Of a stretch of DNA of 64,000 bases, positions 38,346 to 49,335 are shown piece by piece; the first letter of the stretch is position 1; the number at the start of each line of letters is the position of its first letter. The stretch is from an uncultured Solirubrobacteraceae bacterium (GTDB taxonomy: Bacteria; Actinomycetota; Thermoleophilia; Solirubrobacterales; Solirubrobacteraceae): NCBI GenBank assembly GCA_963836035.1, contig CAWIHX010000005.1, positions 118,603-182,602 of the forward strand. The letters run 5' to 3'. The translations under genes and the position numbers were made by a program. Under the pieces are notes generated by a model. It saw only the letters and a program-made list of their open reading frames with translations, ran no database searches and was not told where the DNA came from.

Positions 38346-38382
38346 GCGCCCGTCGCCCCTCGCACGAGCGGGCGGCGGGCGC
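38346..38382. terminator. Hairpin between convergent genes
   Basis: GCGCCCGTCGCCC / GGGCGGCGGGCGC, 13-bp stem with one G-U pair. Confidence 0.5.
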
Positions 38383-38391
38383 GCTGCGCCC

Positions 38392-39423
38392 TCAGCGGAT
38401 CAGCGAGTCCATCCGCTGAGCGCGGATCGTCTCGCGCAAGGTCTCGAGCGCGCCGTGGCGCGGTCGCCAGCCCAGGTCTTTGCGGGCCTTCGCGGCGCTC
38501 ATGATCACCGGCTCGCGGAACGCCGCGATCCACTGCGCCTGCGCTGGCAGGAAGCCCAGCCGGGAGACCATCTCGGCCGCCGCGTCGACCGCGAGCTCGG
38601 GCACGGGGATCGAGTACCAGCCGAGCTCGTCGGCGAGCTGGCGCACGGTCAGCTCGCCCGGCCCGGCGAGGTTGTAGACGCCCGGCTTGCCACGGCCGGT
38701 CGTCGCGGCGCGCATCGCGCTTGCCACGTCGTCGTGGTGCACCAGCTGGAAGGGCACCCCCGGGTCCGGGAGGACCGGGCGCAGGATCGGCACGCCTTCG
38801 AGCAGGCTCAGCACCGGGCCGGGCAGCCGCTCGGAGATCTGCGTGTAGGGGAGGCTGTCGATCAGCAGCGGCGCGCGTGGGCCGGCGACGATGCACGGGC
38901 GGAACACGTAGGCCTGCGTGCGCGAGCCGTACAGCGCGTCGGCGAGCAGCGCCTCGACCTCGGCCTTCTGGGCCGAGTAGTAGTGGCCCGAGGTGCCTCG
39001 GGCCGGGACGTCCTCGGTCAGGGGCTGGGGGTTGTCCTTGTGAAAGCCGTACGCGGCCACCGAGGACGCGTAGATCAGACGTTTCACCTCGGCCGCAGCG
39101 GCCGCTTCGAACACGTTGCGCGAGCCGTCGAGGTTGACGCGGCGGCTGGCCCGCGCGCTGCCCATGATCATGAATGCGAGGTGGATGACGACGTCGGCGT
39201 CTTCGACCAGGCGCGCGACCTTGCGCTTGTCGAGCACGTCGCCCCGGCGGTAGACCACCTTCTTCCAGCCGCGCTCGCGCGGGTCGAAGGGGCGCCGCGC
39301 CATGCCGAGGATCTCGCCGACGTCCCGGGAGCGCTCGAGCGCGGAGACGACGGCCTGCCCCATCTCACCGGTGGGCCCTGTGACGGCGACCGTCAGGGGC
39401 CGGCTTCTAGCGGAGGAAGCCAC
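38392..39423 (-). CDS. NAD-dependent epimerase/dehydratase (extended SDR)
   Basis: 'VTGPTGEMG', 'HLAF', 'SSVAAYG', 'YSAQK'. Confidence 0.9.
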   Translation of the reverse strand: MASSARSRPLTVAVTGPTGEMGQAVVSALERSRDVGEILGMARRPFDPRERGWKKVVYRRGDVLDKRKVARLVEDADVVIHLAFMIMGSARASRRVNLDGSRNVFEAAAAAEVKRLIYASSVAAYGFHKDNPQPLTEDVPARGTSGHYYSAQKAEVEALLADALYGSRTQAYVFRPCIVAGPRAPLLIDSLPYTQISERLPGPVLSLLEGVPILRPVLPDPGVPFQLVHHDDVASAMRAATTGRGKPGVYNLAGPGELTVRQLADELGWYSIPVPELAVDAAAEMVSRLGFLPAQAQWIAAFREPVIMSAAKARKDLGWRPRHGALETLRETIRAQRMDSLIR

Positions 39424-39479
39424 GGAGCGTTTCTATCGCATCCTGGGAGGCCCTGCGCGCGGCGATAGATTGCGAGCCG

Positions 39480-40232
39480 ATGAGCGGTGCCGATGTGGGT
39501 CTGGTCGCCTCGGTGTTCCTGGCCAGCGCGGTCGAGTGCGTCGAGGCGCTGACGATCGTGCTGGCTGTGGGCTCGACGCGCAGCTGGCGCTCGGCGCTTT
39601 CCGGCGTGGGGGTCGCCCTGCTCGCCCTCGGTGTCGTGGTCGCCATCCTCGGCGGCGGGCTCTCGGCGCTGCCGGTCGACCTCGTGCGCGTGCTGGTCGG
39701 CGCCTTCCTGCTCGTCTTCGGGCTGCACTGGCTGCGGAAGGCGGTGCTGCGCGAGGCGGGCCGCAAGGCGATGCGCGACGAGGATCTCGCCTACGACAGT
39801 GAGCTCGACGCCGCGCGAAAAGCGGGGCCCACCCATCCGCAGTCGGGGTGGGACGCCTACTCGTTCTCGATCGCCGCCAAAGGCGTCCTGGTCGAGGGGC
39901 TCGAGGTCGCGTTGATCGTCGTCACCCTCGGCGCGGCGCACGGCAGAACCGGTCTCGCGGCTGCCGCCGCCGGGCTCGCGGCGCTGACCGTGGTGGTCGC
40001 GGGCGTCGCGGCGCGCCGCCCGCTCTCACGGGTGCCGGAGAACACGTTGAAGTTCGCCGTCGGCGCGCTGCTGACGGCCTATGGGGTCTTCTGGGTCGGT
40101 GAGGGCGCGGGCCTCGGCTGGCCCGGAGACGACGCGATGCTCGTGGTCCTCGTCGCGGCCGTGCTCGGCTGCGCCCTGGCCGCGGTCCACGTGCTGCGCC
40201 GCAGCGAGGCAGGGATCCCGGCGGGCCGCTGA
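39480..40232 (+). CDS. COG4280-like membrane protein (duplicated ExxE motif)
   Basis: 'ECVEALTIVLAVG' and 'EGLEVALIV'; about 7 TM segments. Confidence 0.75.
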   Translation: MSGADVGLVASVFLASAVECVEALTIVLAVGSTRSWRSALSGVGVALLALGVVVAILGGGLSALPVDLVRVLVGAFLLVFGLHWLRKAVLREAGRKAMRDEDLAYDSELDAARKAGPTHPQSGWDAYSFSIAAKGVLVEGLEVALIVVTLGAAHGRTGLAAAAAGLAALTVVVAGVAARRPLSRVPENTLKFAVGALLTAYGVFWVGEGAGLGWPGDDAMLVVLVAAVLGCALAAVHVLRRSEAGIPAGR

Positions 40233-40433
40233 GGCGTGCTGTTCGGCATCGCCCACGCGCGCGAAGCGCTCGAGCAGGCCCGGCCGCCGTTCGTGCCGCC
40301 CGCCCCTCCGCGCTCGCCTACTCGCGCCAAGGCCTCTTGCTCGCGCCCGCGGCGATGCGCTGCGCCCTGCTCGCAGGCGGCCTCCTGTGGGCGTCCAGCG
40401 GGTCGCACGGGGTGGCTCCCGTACATTTGAGAC

Positions 40434-41513
40434 GTGTCAATCGCCACGTCGCTCGGGCAGAGTCTCAGCTCGTTCTTCGACGCCGCCGGCAAGTTCTTCT
40501 CGGATCTCGCGGCGGTCCACTGGTGGGCGCTGCTGCTCGGGCTGTTCTTCTTCGGCGCCAACCTGACGATCCGCTCGCGCGCGTTCTTCAACAGCCTCCG
40601 CGCGGCCTACCCGTCGGTGAGCTTCGAATGGCGGCGGATCTGGGGCGCCTACGTCGCCGCGGTCGGGTTCAACAACGTCGTGCCGGCGCGCGGCGGCGAC
40701 GTGATCAAGCTGTTCCTGACGAAGTCATCGATCCCCGGCTCGCGCTACCCGACCGTGGCGAGCGCGTTCTTCGTCGAGTCGGTGTTCGACGCCTGCGTCG
40801 GCGTGCTCGTCCTGATCTACGCCTTCACGCAGGGGATCTTCCCGAAGCCGCCCGACTTCGCGAAGCTGAGCTCGTTCGACATCTCCTTCTTCGCCGAGCA
40901 CTTCCGCTTCACGCTGTTCCTGATCACGCTGCTCGCCGTGATCGGGATCGTCGCCTACGCGCTGCTGTCGGTGCGCGCGCGGGCCTTCTGGCTGCGCGTC
41001 CGCCAGGGGCTGACGATCCTGACCGACAAACGCCGCTACCTGCGCGAAGTCGCCGCGCTGCAGGCGGTCGCGTGGCTGTGCCGCTTCGCGGCGTTCTGGT
41101 TCCTGCTCGAAGCGTTCCGCGTCGGCGCCTCGGTGCAGAACGTGCTGCTCGTGTTCGCCGTCGGCCAGGTCGCCGGCGCAGTCCCGTTCACACCCGGCGG
41201 CGCGGGCGTGCAGCAGGCGCTGCTCGTCAAGGTCTTCTCGACGAAGGCGGGGGCGACCGTGGTCGCCGCGTACTCGGTCGGCCAGCAGATCGCGATCGCC
41301 GCCTTCACCGCCGTCGCCGGGCTCGCGGCCGTGATCTTCATCTTCCGCTTCCGCTCGTTCAAAGAGGTGATCACCGCCGGCCGGGCCTCGCAGCAGGCCG
41401 AGAAGGAAGCCGAGCGGGAGGGGCGCCTGCGGCCCGAGGACCCGCCGCCGCCCGAGCCGCTGGCCGGCGGGCCGGGCCGGGCCGGGAGCGGGCGGGCGGG
41501 CGCTCCTTACTGA
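40434..41513 (+). CDS. Lysylphosphatidylglycerol synthase TM-domain (flippase-like) protein
   Basis: 'NNVVPARGGD', 'PFTPGGAGV'; multi-TM; TACATT box 6 nt before GTG. Confidence 0.85.
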   Translation: MSIATSLGQSLSSFFDAAGKFFSDLAAVHWWALLLGLFFFGANLTIRSRAFFNSLRAAYPSVSFEWRRIWGAYVAAVGFNNVVPARGGDVIKLFLTKSSIPGSRYPTVASAFFVESVFDACVGVLVLIYAFTQGIFPKPPDFAKLSSFDISFFAEHFRFTLFLITLLAVIGIVAYALLSVRARAFWLRVRQGLTILTDKRRYLREVAALQAVAWLCRFAAFWFLLEAFRVGASVQNVLLVFAVGQVAGAVPFTPGGAGVQQALLVKVFSTKAGATVVAAYSVGQQIAIAAFTAVAGLAAVIFIFRFRSFKEVITAGRASQQAEKEAEREGRLRPEDPPPPEPLAGGPGRAGSGRAGAPY

Positions 41514-41779
41514 AGGCCCTCGCGGGCCTCGCGCACCAGCGCCACTGCCTCCGGGAAGACGCGCGCGATCACCGTACGGATCTGCTCGGCCTGTGCCTCG
41601 GCGTTGCCCTGCACGTTCACGCGCGAGACGGCGGCGACCGTCATGTCCACCGCCAGCTTGATCGCGTTGTCGGCCCAGGCCAGGCGCTGGCTGCCCTGCA
41701 TCTGCTCGGCGAACTCGGCCAGCCGGCGCTGGATCTCATCCGGGTCGCCGAAGATGTCACCGAGGCCACCGCCCTCCAT
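41507..41779 (-). CDS. Small hypothetical protein
   Basis: Helical 90-aa ORF; TATGAT box 6 nt before ATG. Confidence 0.7.
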   Translation of the reverse strand: MEGGGLGDIFGDPDEIQRRLAEFAEQMQGSQRLAWADNAIKLAVDMTVAAVSRVNVQGNAEAQAEQIRTVIARVFPEAVALVREAREGLQ

Positions 41780-41805
41780 GCTCAGATCATAGACTGCCCT
41801 GCTCG

Positions 41806-42735
41806 ATGCCCAGCGCAGCGGAGATCCGCGAGCAGACCAAACGCGAGCTGCACCGGCGGGGGCGCCTCGCCGTCCCGGCCTTCGCCGGCGGCTTCCTGTA
41901 CCTGCTGAGCGCGATCGTCATCAGCTCGACGCTGAACGGGCTGCCGACGGTCGGCCCGCTCCAGGGACTGACGCCGACCGTGAACGGGGTCGCGGAACCG
42001 GCGATCAGCCCGCGTGCCCCCGAGGTCAAATACATCTCCCATCACGCCTTCCCGCTCATCGCCGGCAGCCTCCTGGCGGCGATCGCGATCGTGGCGCTGG
42101 TGCTCGTGCTGCTGCTGCTCTTCGACGCGGCGTCGTTCCGCCGCCCCGAGACGTGGCCGCCCTCGCGCATCCTCGTGATCGCGGGGGGCGGCACGGTCGC
42201 CGCCGCGAGCGTCGCCCACGAGCTCGTGTACGCGATCGAGACGCACAACTTCGCGGTCGGGCACGACCTCTCGCGCCACGCCGTCGAACAGGCCCTGACC
42301 AAGGGCGCGGCCAACCAGGTCGTCGCCTACCTGTCGCTGTTCGCCGGGCTCGCGCTCGTGGTGGGGATGGTCGTCGTGCTGCTGAACGCGCTGCGGACCG
42401 GCCTGTTGCCCCGCTGGATGGCGTTCCTCGGCATGTTCAGCGCGCTCTTGATCCTGCTCCCGAACGTGGGCGCGACGCTCCAGCTCGTGCCGGCGTTCTG
42501 GCTCGTGATGATGGGCGTGCTGCTGAGCGGGCGCTGGCCGGGCGGCGACCCGCCGGCATGGGAGGCCGGCGAGGCCCGCCCGTGGCCCAGCCGCGCGCAG
42601 ACGCAAGCGGAGCGCGCAGGGCGCAAGCCCGCGCCGGCCGCCGCCGGGGCCACCGGCGGCGAGGTGGCGCCTGCGCCCACGACGCCGTCCCCCTCTCCCT
42701 CGACGTCCGCGCGCAAGCGCCGCCGCAAGCGCTGA
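41806..42735 (+). CDS. Hypothetical multi-pass membrane protein
   Basis: About 6 TM segments; basic C-terminus 'RKRRRKR'. Confidence 0.75.
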   Translation: MPSAAEIREQTKRELHRRGRLAVPAFAGGFLYLLSAIVISSTLNGLPTVGPLQGLTPTVNGVAEPAISPRAPEVKYISHHAFPLIAGSLLAAIAIVALVLVLLLLFDAASFRRPETWPPSRILVIAGGGTVAAASVAHELVYAIETHNFAVGHDLSRHAVEQALTKGAANQVVAYLSLFAGLALVVGMVVVLLNALRTGLLPRWMAFLGMFSALLILLPNVGATLQLVPAFWLVMMGVLLSGRWPGGDPPAWEAGEARPWPSRAQTQAERAGRKPAPAAAGATGGEVAPAPTTPSPSPSTSARKRRRKR

Positions 42736-42749
42736 GGGCGCTCTGCGCC

Positions 42750-42774
42750 GGGGTGTCCGCTTTCGGACATCCCC
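42750..42774 (+). terminator. Hairpin/palindrome upstream of satP-acs (terminator or operator)
   Basis: GGGGTGTCCG / CGGACATCCCC, core palindrome TGTCCG-N4-CGGACA, followed by GCACTTT. Confidence 0.4.
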
Positions 42775-42898
42775 GCACTTTCCGGACTGCCGTCTCGATT
42801 GGCCGCCGACGGCGTGGGTAGGTATGCGACGTAGGGAACGAGGGAGGGACCGTTCGGGTGCCTGAGCCTCGCTCGTATGGCGATCGAAGGAGCTAGCA

Positions 42899-43566
42899 AT
42901 GGCTGCGACTGCCCCGATCCAACGAGACCCGACCGCCGGCACGACGGTGCGAGTCGAGACCCCCGTCGCCGGCTTCAAACCGGCAGACCCCGGCCCCCTG
43001 GGGCTCGGGGCGTTCGCGATGACGACGTTCGTGCTGTCGATGTTCAATTCGAATCTCGTCAGCAACAAGGGCGCGCCGGTCGTGCTCGGGCTGGCGCTCG
43101 CCTACGGCGGGCTCACGCAGCTCCTCGCGGGCATGTGGGAGTTCCGCACCGGCAACACGTTCGGCGCCGTCGCGTTCTCCTCGTTCGGCGCGTTCTGGAT
43201 CTCCTTCTGGGCGCTGAACGTGTTCTACGCGAAGGACATCACCGGCAACGTCGGCCACGCCGTGGGCGTGTACCTGTGGGCATGGGCGATCTTCACGGCC
43301 TACATGACCGTCGCCGCACTGCGTGTGAGCGGCGCGGTGCTGCTCGTGTTCGTGCTCCTGACGGCCACGTTCATATTGCTGGCGATCGGCGCTGTCGGCG
43401 CCAACGAAACGGTCACCCACTGGGGCGGCTACATCGGCCTCGCGACCGCCGCGGCCGCCTGGTACGCCTCCTTCGCTGCGGTCGTCAACGCGACCTTCGC
43501 GAAGACGGTGCTGCCGGTGATCCCCCTCAACGTCGGACGGACGCGGGCGCAGGTAGAGTCCGGGCG

Positions 43567-43570
<4 letters not shown>
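42899..43570 (+). CDS. satP: Acetate uptake transporter (GPR1/FUN34/YaaH family)
   Basis: 'ADPGPLGLGAF', 'YGGLTQLLAGMWE', 'GNTFGAVAFSSFGAFW'; directly upstream of acs. Confidence 0.88.
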
Positions 43571-45561
<1,991 letters not shown>

Positions 45562-45727
45562 ATGATCTGAGCCGGCGGGCGATACCCGCGGCGCGCGAGC
45601 AGAAACTCGTGCAACAAATGCTGCATGGCTAAAGTCGCGACCGCCGCTACGCGATAGGAGCGGTGAAGCAAGCTCGCAGCAAAACGAGCCACGGAGGGGG
45701 CGGAGACTAGAAGCGCTTCCCCGCGTG

Positions 45728-45809
45728 CTCCCGACAAAGGCACTCTCGCCGTGAGGCGAGGTCGCAAAGCCAGGGGTCTCCTCGCGAGACAGCCCAGCTA
45801 CCGAAGGAG
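45728..45809 (+). ncRNA. c-di-GMP-I (GEMM-I) riboswitch
   Basis: CGACAAAGGC-ACT-CTCGCC GTGA GGCGAG-GTC-GCAAAGC-CAG-GG-GTCTC/GAGAC-AG-CC-CA-GC-TACCGAA: GNRA-capped P2, GCAAAGC junction, P3 with tetraloop-receptor-type segment, ACCG 3' end; abuts the RBS of the next gene. Confidence 0.85.
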
Positions 45810-45815
45810 ATCGAC

Positions 45816-47654
45816 ATGCACCTTCCGGCTCGCCGGTTCGCGCTCTTCCTCTGCATCGTCTCACTGCTGACGCTGCTGCCCACCGCCGCATCCGCGGCGC
45901 GGCACCACAGCCGCCAGGCACGCTCGTTCGCGGCCGCCCTGCGCGCCGCATCCGCGCGCTCGAAGGTCGACGACCGCCGTCTGGTCCGCCGGGCCCGCGC
46001 GCTGCGGACCTGCCTGCGCAGCGGCGCTCCCTGCACCCGTCTGCGCCACCGCGTGCAGCACGCGGGGCGCACCTTCACCGCCGCCCAGCGCAACCTCGCG
46101 GCGAAGGCGCGCCACGCCGCCAGCGCAGGCGCGGCCAGCTACGGGCCCACCAGCGCCCCCACGCTGCACGCGAACGGGGTCAAGCTGAACTGGAACGCGA
46201 TCGAGCGCGCCGGCGGCTACGTGGTCGTCAGCGCGGTCCCCGGTCAGCCCTACCACTACGAATACGTGAAACAGAGCTCGGACACGCCGCCGCCGGTCCC
46301 CGGCCAGACCGTCGCCTACGCGGTTCGCACCGCGGTCCGCAACTCACACTGGTCGAACATCGTGAAGATCAGCTACCCGGCCGCGCCGCCCGCCCCGACG
46401 CCGACGCCCCCCGCGGGTCCGCCGGCCGAAGAACTGAACCTGAAGGCGGCCCCGGCGCTGCACGTCTCGGGCCAGACGCTGATGTGGAACCTCGTCGCCA
46501 ACGTCAGCGCCTACATCCTCGAGACGAAGGTGCCGGGCCAGCCCGAAGCCTTCACGGCCGTCAGCGGCACCTCGACGACGCCGCCCGCGGTCCCCGGCAA
46601 GACCGTCACCTACAGCGTCCGCACCGCCGTCGACGGCAGCGCCTGGGCGCCCACCGTCACGATCACCTATCCGGCGACTCCCGCCCCGAAAGAACCCGCT
46701 CCGGCGCCGAAAGAAACGAGCTTCTCCGTTCTCGGCAGCGACGGCTTCGAGCCCGGCATCAACTCCGGCACGAACCCGCAGGACTTCACGGGCGCCACGA
46801 TGCTCGGCGCGAAGGTCGTGCGCATCTCTCTGGCGATCGGCGCGCCGGCCTCGGCGCTGGAATACGCGGTCGCGAACTACGCCGCCAAAGGCATCCGCGT
46901 GGCGCCGCTGGCGTCCTTCTACGGGCGCATCCCGACCCCCGCCGAAGCGCAGAACGTCGCCAGCTGGGCCGCCGAGTTCGGCCCCGGCGGCACCTTCTGG
47001 GCCAAACGGAGCGACGGCAACCTGGCGATCCAGACGATCGAGTTCGGCAACGAGACCTCCTATGGCTACCAGTACGGCGACAGCGCGGGGGCACCCTCCT
47101 ACCAGGCGCGCGCGCAGACCTACGCCGTCCGGCTGAGGGAAGCCGCCGAAGCGATCGGCGCGACCGGCATCAAGGTCGGTGTGCTGGCCGTCGCCGACGA
47201 CCCCTCGGGCAACTGGATGAACGGCATGTTCCAGGCCGTCCCCAACCTCGGCAACTACGTCTCGGGCTGGGTCACCCACCCGTACGGGACCTACGGCAAG
47301 ACCAAGCTGCTCGGCGTGCTCGCGCAGACCGCCGCGCACGGCGCGCCGTCGAACATCCCGATCGACATCACCGAGTGGGGCCTGTCGACCGACAACGGCG
47401 TGTGCGTGGCCGAAAACTACGGCTACAACCCGTGCATGACCTACGCCGAAGCTGCCGAACAGCTCAAGCGCAGCGTCGCGGAAATCAAAACGATCGCCGG
47501 CAGCCGCCTGCGCATGTTCATGCTCTACCAGGTCCGCGACCAGCAGGTGGCGGGCGCGAGCAACGAACGCGAGGCCTTCTTCGGCCTGCTTCAGCACGAA
47601 GACCAGTCGAAGGGCGCCTACACGACCGCAGCGCAGGAACTGCTCGCCCTCTAG
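45816..47654 (+). CDS. Secreted protein: basic helical N-terminus, two FnIII-like repeats, clan GH-A catalytic domain
   Basis: Signal peptide; two ~77-aa repeats ('APTLH...YAVRTAV...ISYPA' / 'APALH...YSVRTAV...ITYPA'); 'IEFGNE', 'THPY', 'ITEWG'. Confidence 0.75.
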   Translation: MHLPARRFALFLCIVSLLTLLPTAASAARHHSRQARSFAAALRAASARSKVDDRRLVRRARALRTCLRSGAPCTRLRHRVQHAGRTFTAAQRNLAAKARHAASAGAASYGPTSAPTLHANGVKLNWNAIERAGGYVVVSAVPGQPYHYEYVKQSSDTPPPVPGQTVAYAVRTAVRNSHWSNIVKISYPAAPPAPTPTPPAGPPAEELNLKAAPALHVSGQTLMWNLVANVSAYILETKVPGQPEAFTAVSGTSTTPPAVPGKTVTYSVRTAVDGSAWAPTVTITYPATPAPKEPAPAPKETSFSVLGSDGFEPGINSGTNPQDFTGATMLGAKVVRISLAIGAPASALEYAVANYAAKGIRVAPLASFYGRIPTPAEAQNVASWAAEFGPGGTFWAKRSDGNLAIQTIEFGNETSYGYQYGDSAGAPSYQARAQTYAVRLREAAEAIGATGIKVGVLAVADDPSGNWMNGMFQAVPNLGNYVSGWVTHPYGTYGKTKLLGVLAQTAAHGAPSNIPIDITEWGLSTDNGVCVAENYGYNPCMTYAEAAEQLKRSVAEIKTIAGSRLRMFMLYQVRDQQVAGASNEREAFFGLLQHEDQSKGAYTTAAQELLAL

Positions 47655-47700
47655 AGCCTCATGCGAGACGGCGCCCGCGGCTCCAGAGCTGCGGGCGCCG

Positions 47701-49215
47701 TCAGCGCACGAACAGCACTTCGCTCGAGGGGCTGCCGCTGAGGCTGACCAGGCCGCTCACCGGCACCCGCGGTTCCCCGGTCGCGACGAAGCGCGTGACG
47801 GCGAAGGCTTCGTTCTTGTCCACCGAGGCGAGCCGGAAGCCGCGCGGAGCCCGCAGCTGGACGTAGGGCGCGTAGGGCGCGCCGGAGGTGTGGCGCGTGC
47901 GCAGGTGCGCGAAGGCGATTTCGCGCACCTTCACCTGGGGCGTGGCCGGGGCGCGCAGCGGTCCGAGGTAGACCGAGAGCGGCGAGCCTCCGTACCGTTC
48001 GACGACGAGCACCCGGGCGTAGGCCGGGCGCTTGGGCAGCGCTTCGGCGACACCGCGCCAGTCGTCGCGCTGGTAGCCCGGCAGCAGGTTCGTCGCCACG
48101 ATCACCGCGGTCGAGATCGCGCACAGCACCGTGCCGATCGCGGCGCCCAGGCGGCCTGCGGCCGCGCAGCCGATCCCGATCGCGATCAGGACCGCGTACG
48201 GGATCCACGCGGCGATCACGTTGCGCCCGTCGAACACGTCGATCAGGTGCCCGGCCGCGAGCAGCAGCGGCAGTGCCACGCCGACGGCGGCGACGATCGC
48301 GGCGTCGCGGGCGCGGTCGCGCTCGGCGCCGCGGGCGCGGGTGAGCAGGAGCCACAGCGCGCCGAGGACGAGCACGCCGCTGATCACTGCGGTGGCGATC
48401 TGCAACGGGCCGTAGAGGCCGACGAGGAACTGCTTGGCGGTCTCGCCGATCCTGGAGACGAGCGAGGATTCTTCGATCCACTTGGCTTTGCCGGAGTTGC
48501 GCTGGTCGATCGCGAGCGGCAGCAGCGCGATCCCGGCCACGGCGACGGCCGCGACCGGCGCCAGCACGCGCCGCCAGCCGAGGCGCCGGGCGAGGATCGC
48601 CGCCTCTCCCACGAACAGGAACGCCGCGAAGTAGTGGGTGAGCAGGGCGAGCACCGAGAAGCCGCCCCACCACGCGAGGCTGCGCCCGTCGCGGCGGACG
48701 GCAGCGCGCTCGAAGAACAGGAACGCGAGAGCGCAGAAGAGGATCAGCAGGGCGTAGGTGCGCGCCTCCTGCGAGTAGTAGTACATCGCCGGGCTCACGG
48801 CCGTCAGGGCCGCCGCCCACCCGGCGACGCGGTCCGAGACCTCGCGGCCGCATGCCCACACGACGGGGATCGTGAGCGTGCCGGCGAGCGCGGAGAGGGT
48901 GCGGAAGCCGATGGGCCCGGTGCCGAACAGCTTCGTCCACACCCACGCCAGCGAGTAGTAGAGCGGGGGCGTCGACTCGCTGGAGGAGAGGTGGGAGATC
49001 ATCGAGGAGAAGGAGCGGTGGACGAGCGCGATCGTGATCGACTCGTCGCCCCAGATCGACTGCACGTCGAGGGTCGCGAAGCGCAGCGCGGCGCCCGCCG
49101 CCGTCAGTGCGACGACGACGAAGAGGGGGGAGGGCCGCCAGCCCGCACGGGTTCCCGGCGCACCGAACTCCCGCGCGCCCGAGTCGGGCCTCTCGGCTCG
49201 TGCGCTCATCGCCAT
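47701..49215 (-). CDS. GT-C fold glycosyltransferase (GT39/PMT_2-like)
   Basis: 'QSIWGDE', 'TPPLYY', 'YYSQEARTYAL', 'LTHY'; TATCCT box 7 nt before ATG. Confidence 0.88.
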   Translation of the reverse strand: MAMSARAERPDSGAREFGAPGTRAGWRPSPLFVVVALTAAGAALRFATLDVQSIWGDESITIALVHRSFSSMISHLSSSESTPPLYYSLAWVWTKLFGTGPIGFRTLSALAGTLTIPVVWACGREVSDRVAGWAAALTAVSPAMYYYSQEARTYALLILFCALAFLFFERAAVRRDGRSLAWWGGFSVLALLTHYFAAFLFVGEAAILARRLGWRRVLAPVAAVAVAGIALLPLAIDQRNSGKAKWIEESSLVSRIGETAKQFLVGLYGPLQIATAVISGVLVLGALWLLLTRARGAERDRARDAAIVAAVGVALPLLLAAGHLIDVFDGRNVIAAWIPYAVLIAIGIGCAAAGRLGAAIGTVLCAISTAVIVATNLLPGYQRDDWRGVAEALPKRPAYARVLVVERYGGSPLSVYLGPLRAPATPQVKVREIAFAHLRTRHTSGAPYAPYVQLRAPRGFRLASVDKNEAFAVTRFVATGEPRVPVSGLVSLSGSPSSEVLFVR

Positions 49216-49282
49216 GGGGGACAGGATAGGTTCGGGCGCGGAGGCCTTGGACGGGTGCTCTACGGATCGGGCGAATGGCCAC

Positions 49283-49300
49283 CTAGGGGAGATTCCCTAG
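49283..49300. promoter_or_regulatory. Inverted-repeat box, putative site for the adjacent NarL/LuxR response regulator
   Basis: CTAGGG-GAGATT-CCCTAG, perfect 6-bp arms, ending 22 bp before CATGAT (49323-49328). Confidence 0.55.
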
Positions 49301-49335
49301 CTGCCAGGGGACCGAGCGGTGCCATGATCTCTGCC

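Noticed and set aside
49283-49300. DosR/DevR box interpretation of CTAGGG...CCCTAG
   Set aside because: The DosR consensus as I recall it has 8 nt between the GGG and CCC arms; here there are 6, and no dormancy genes are adjacent
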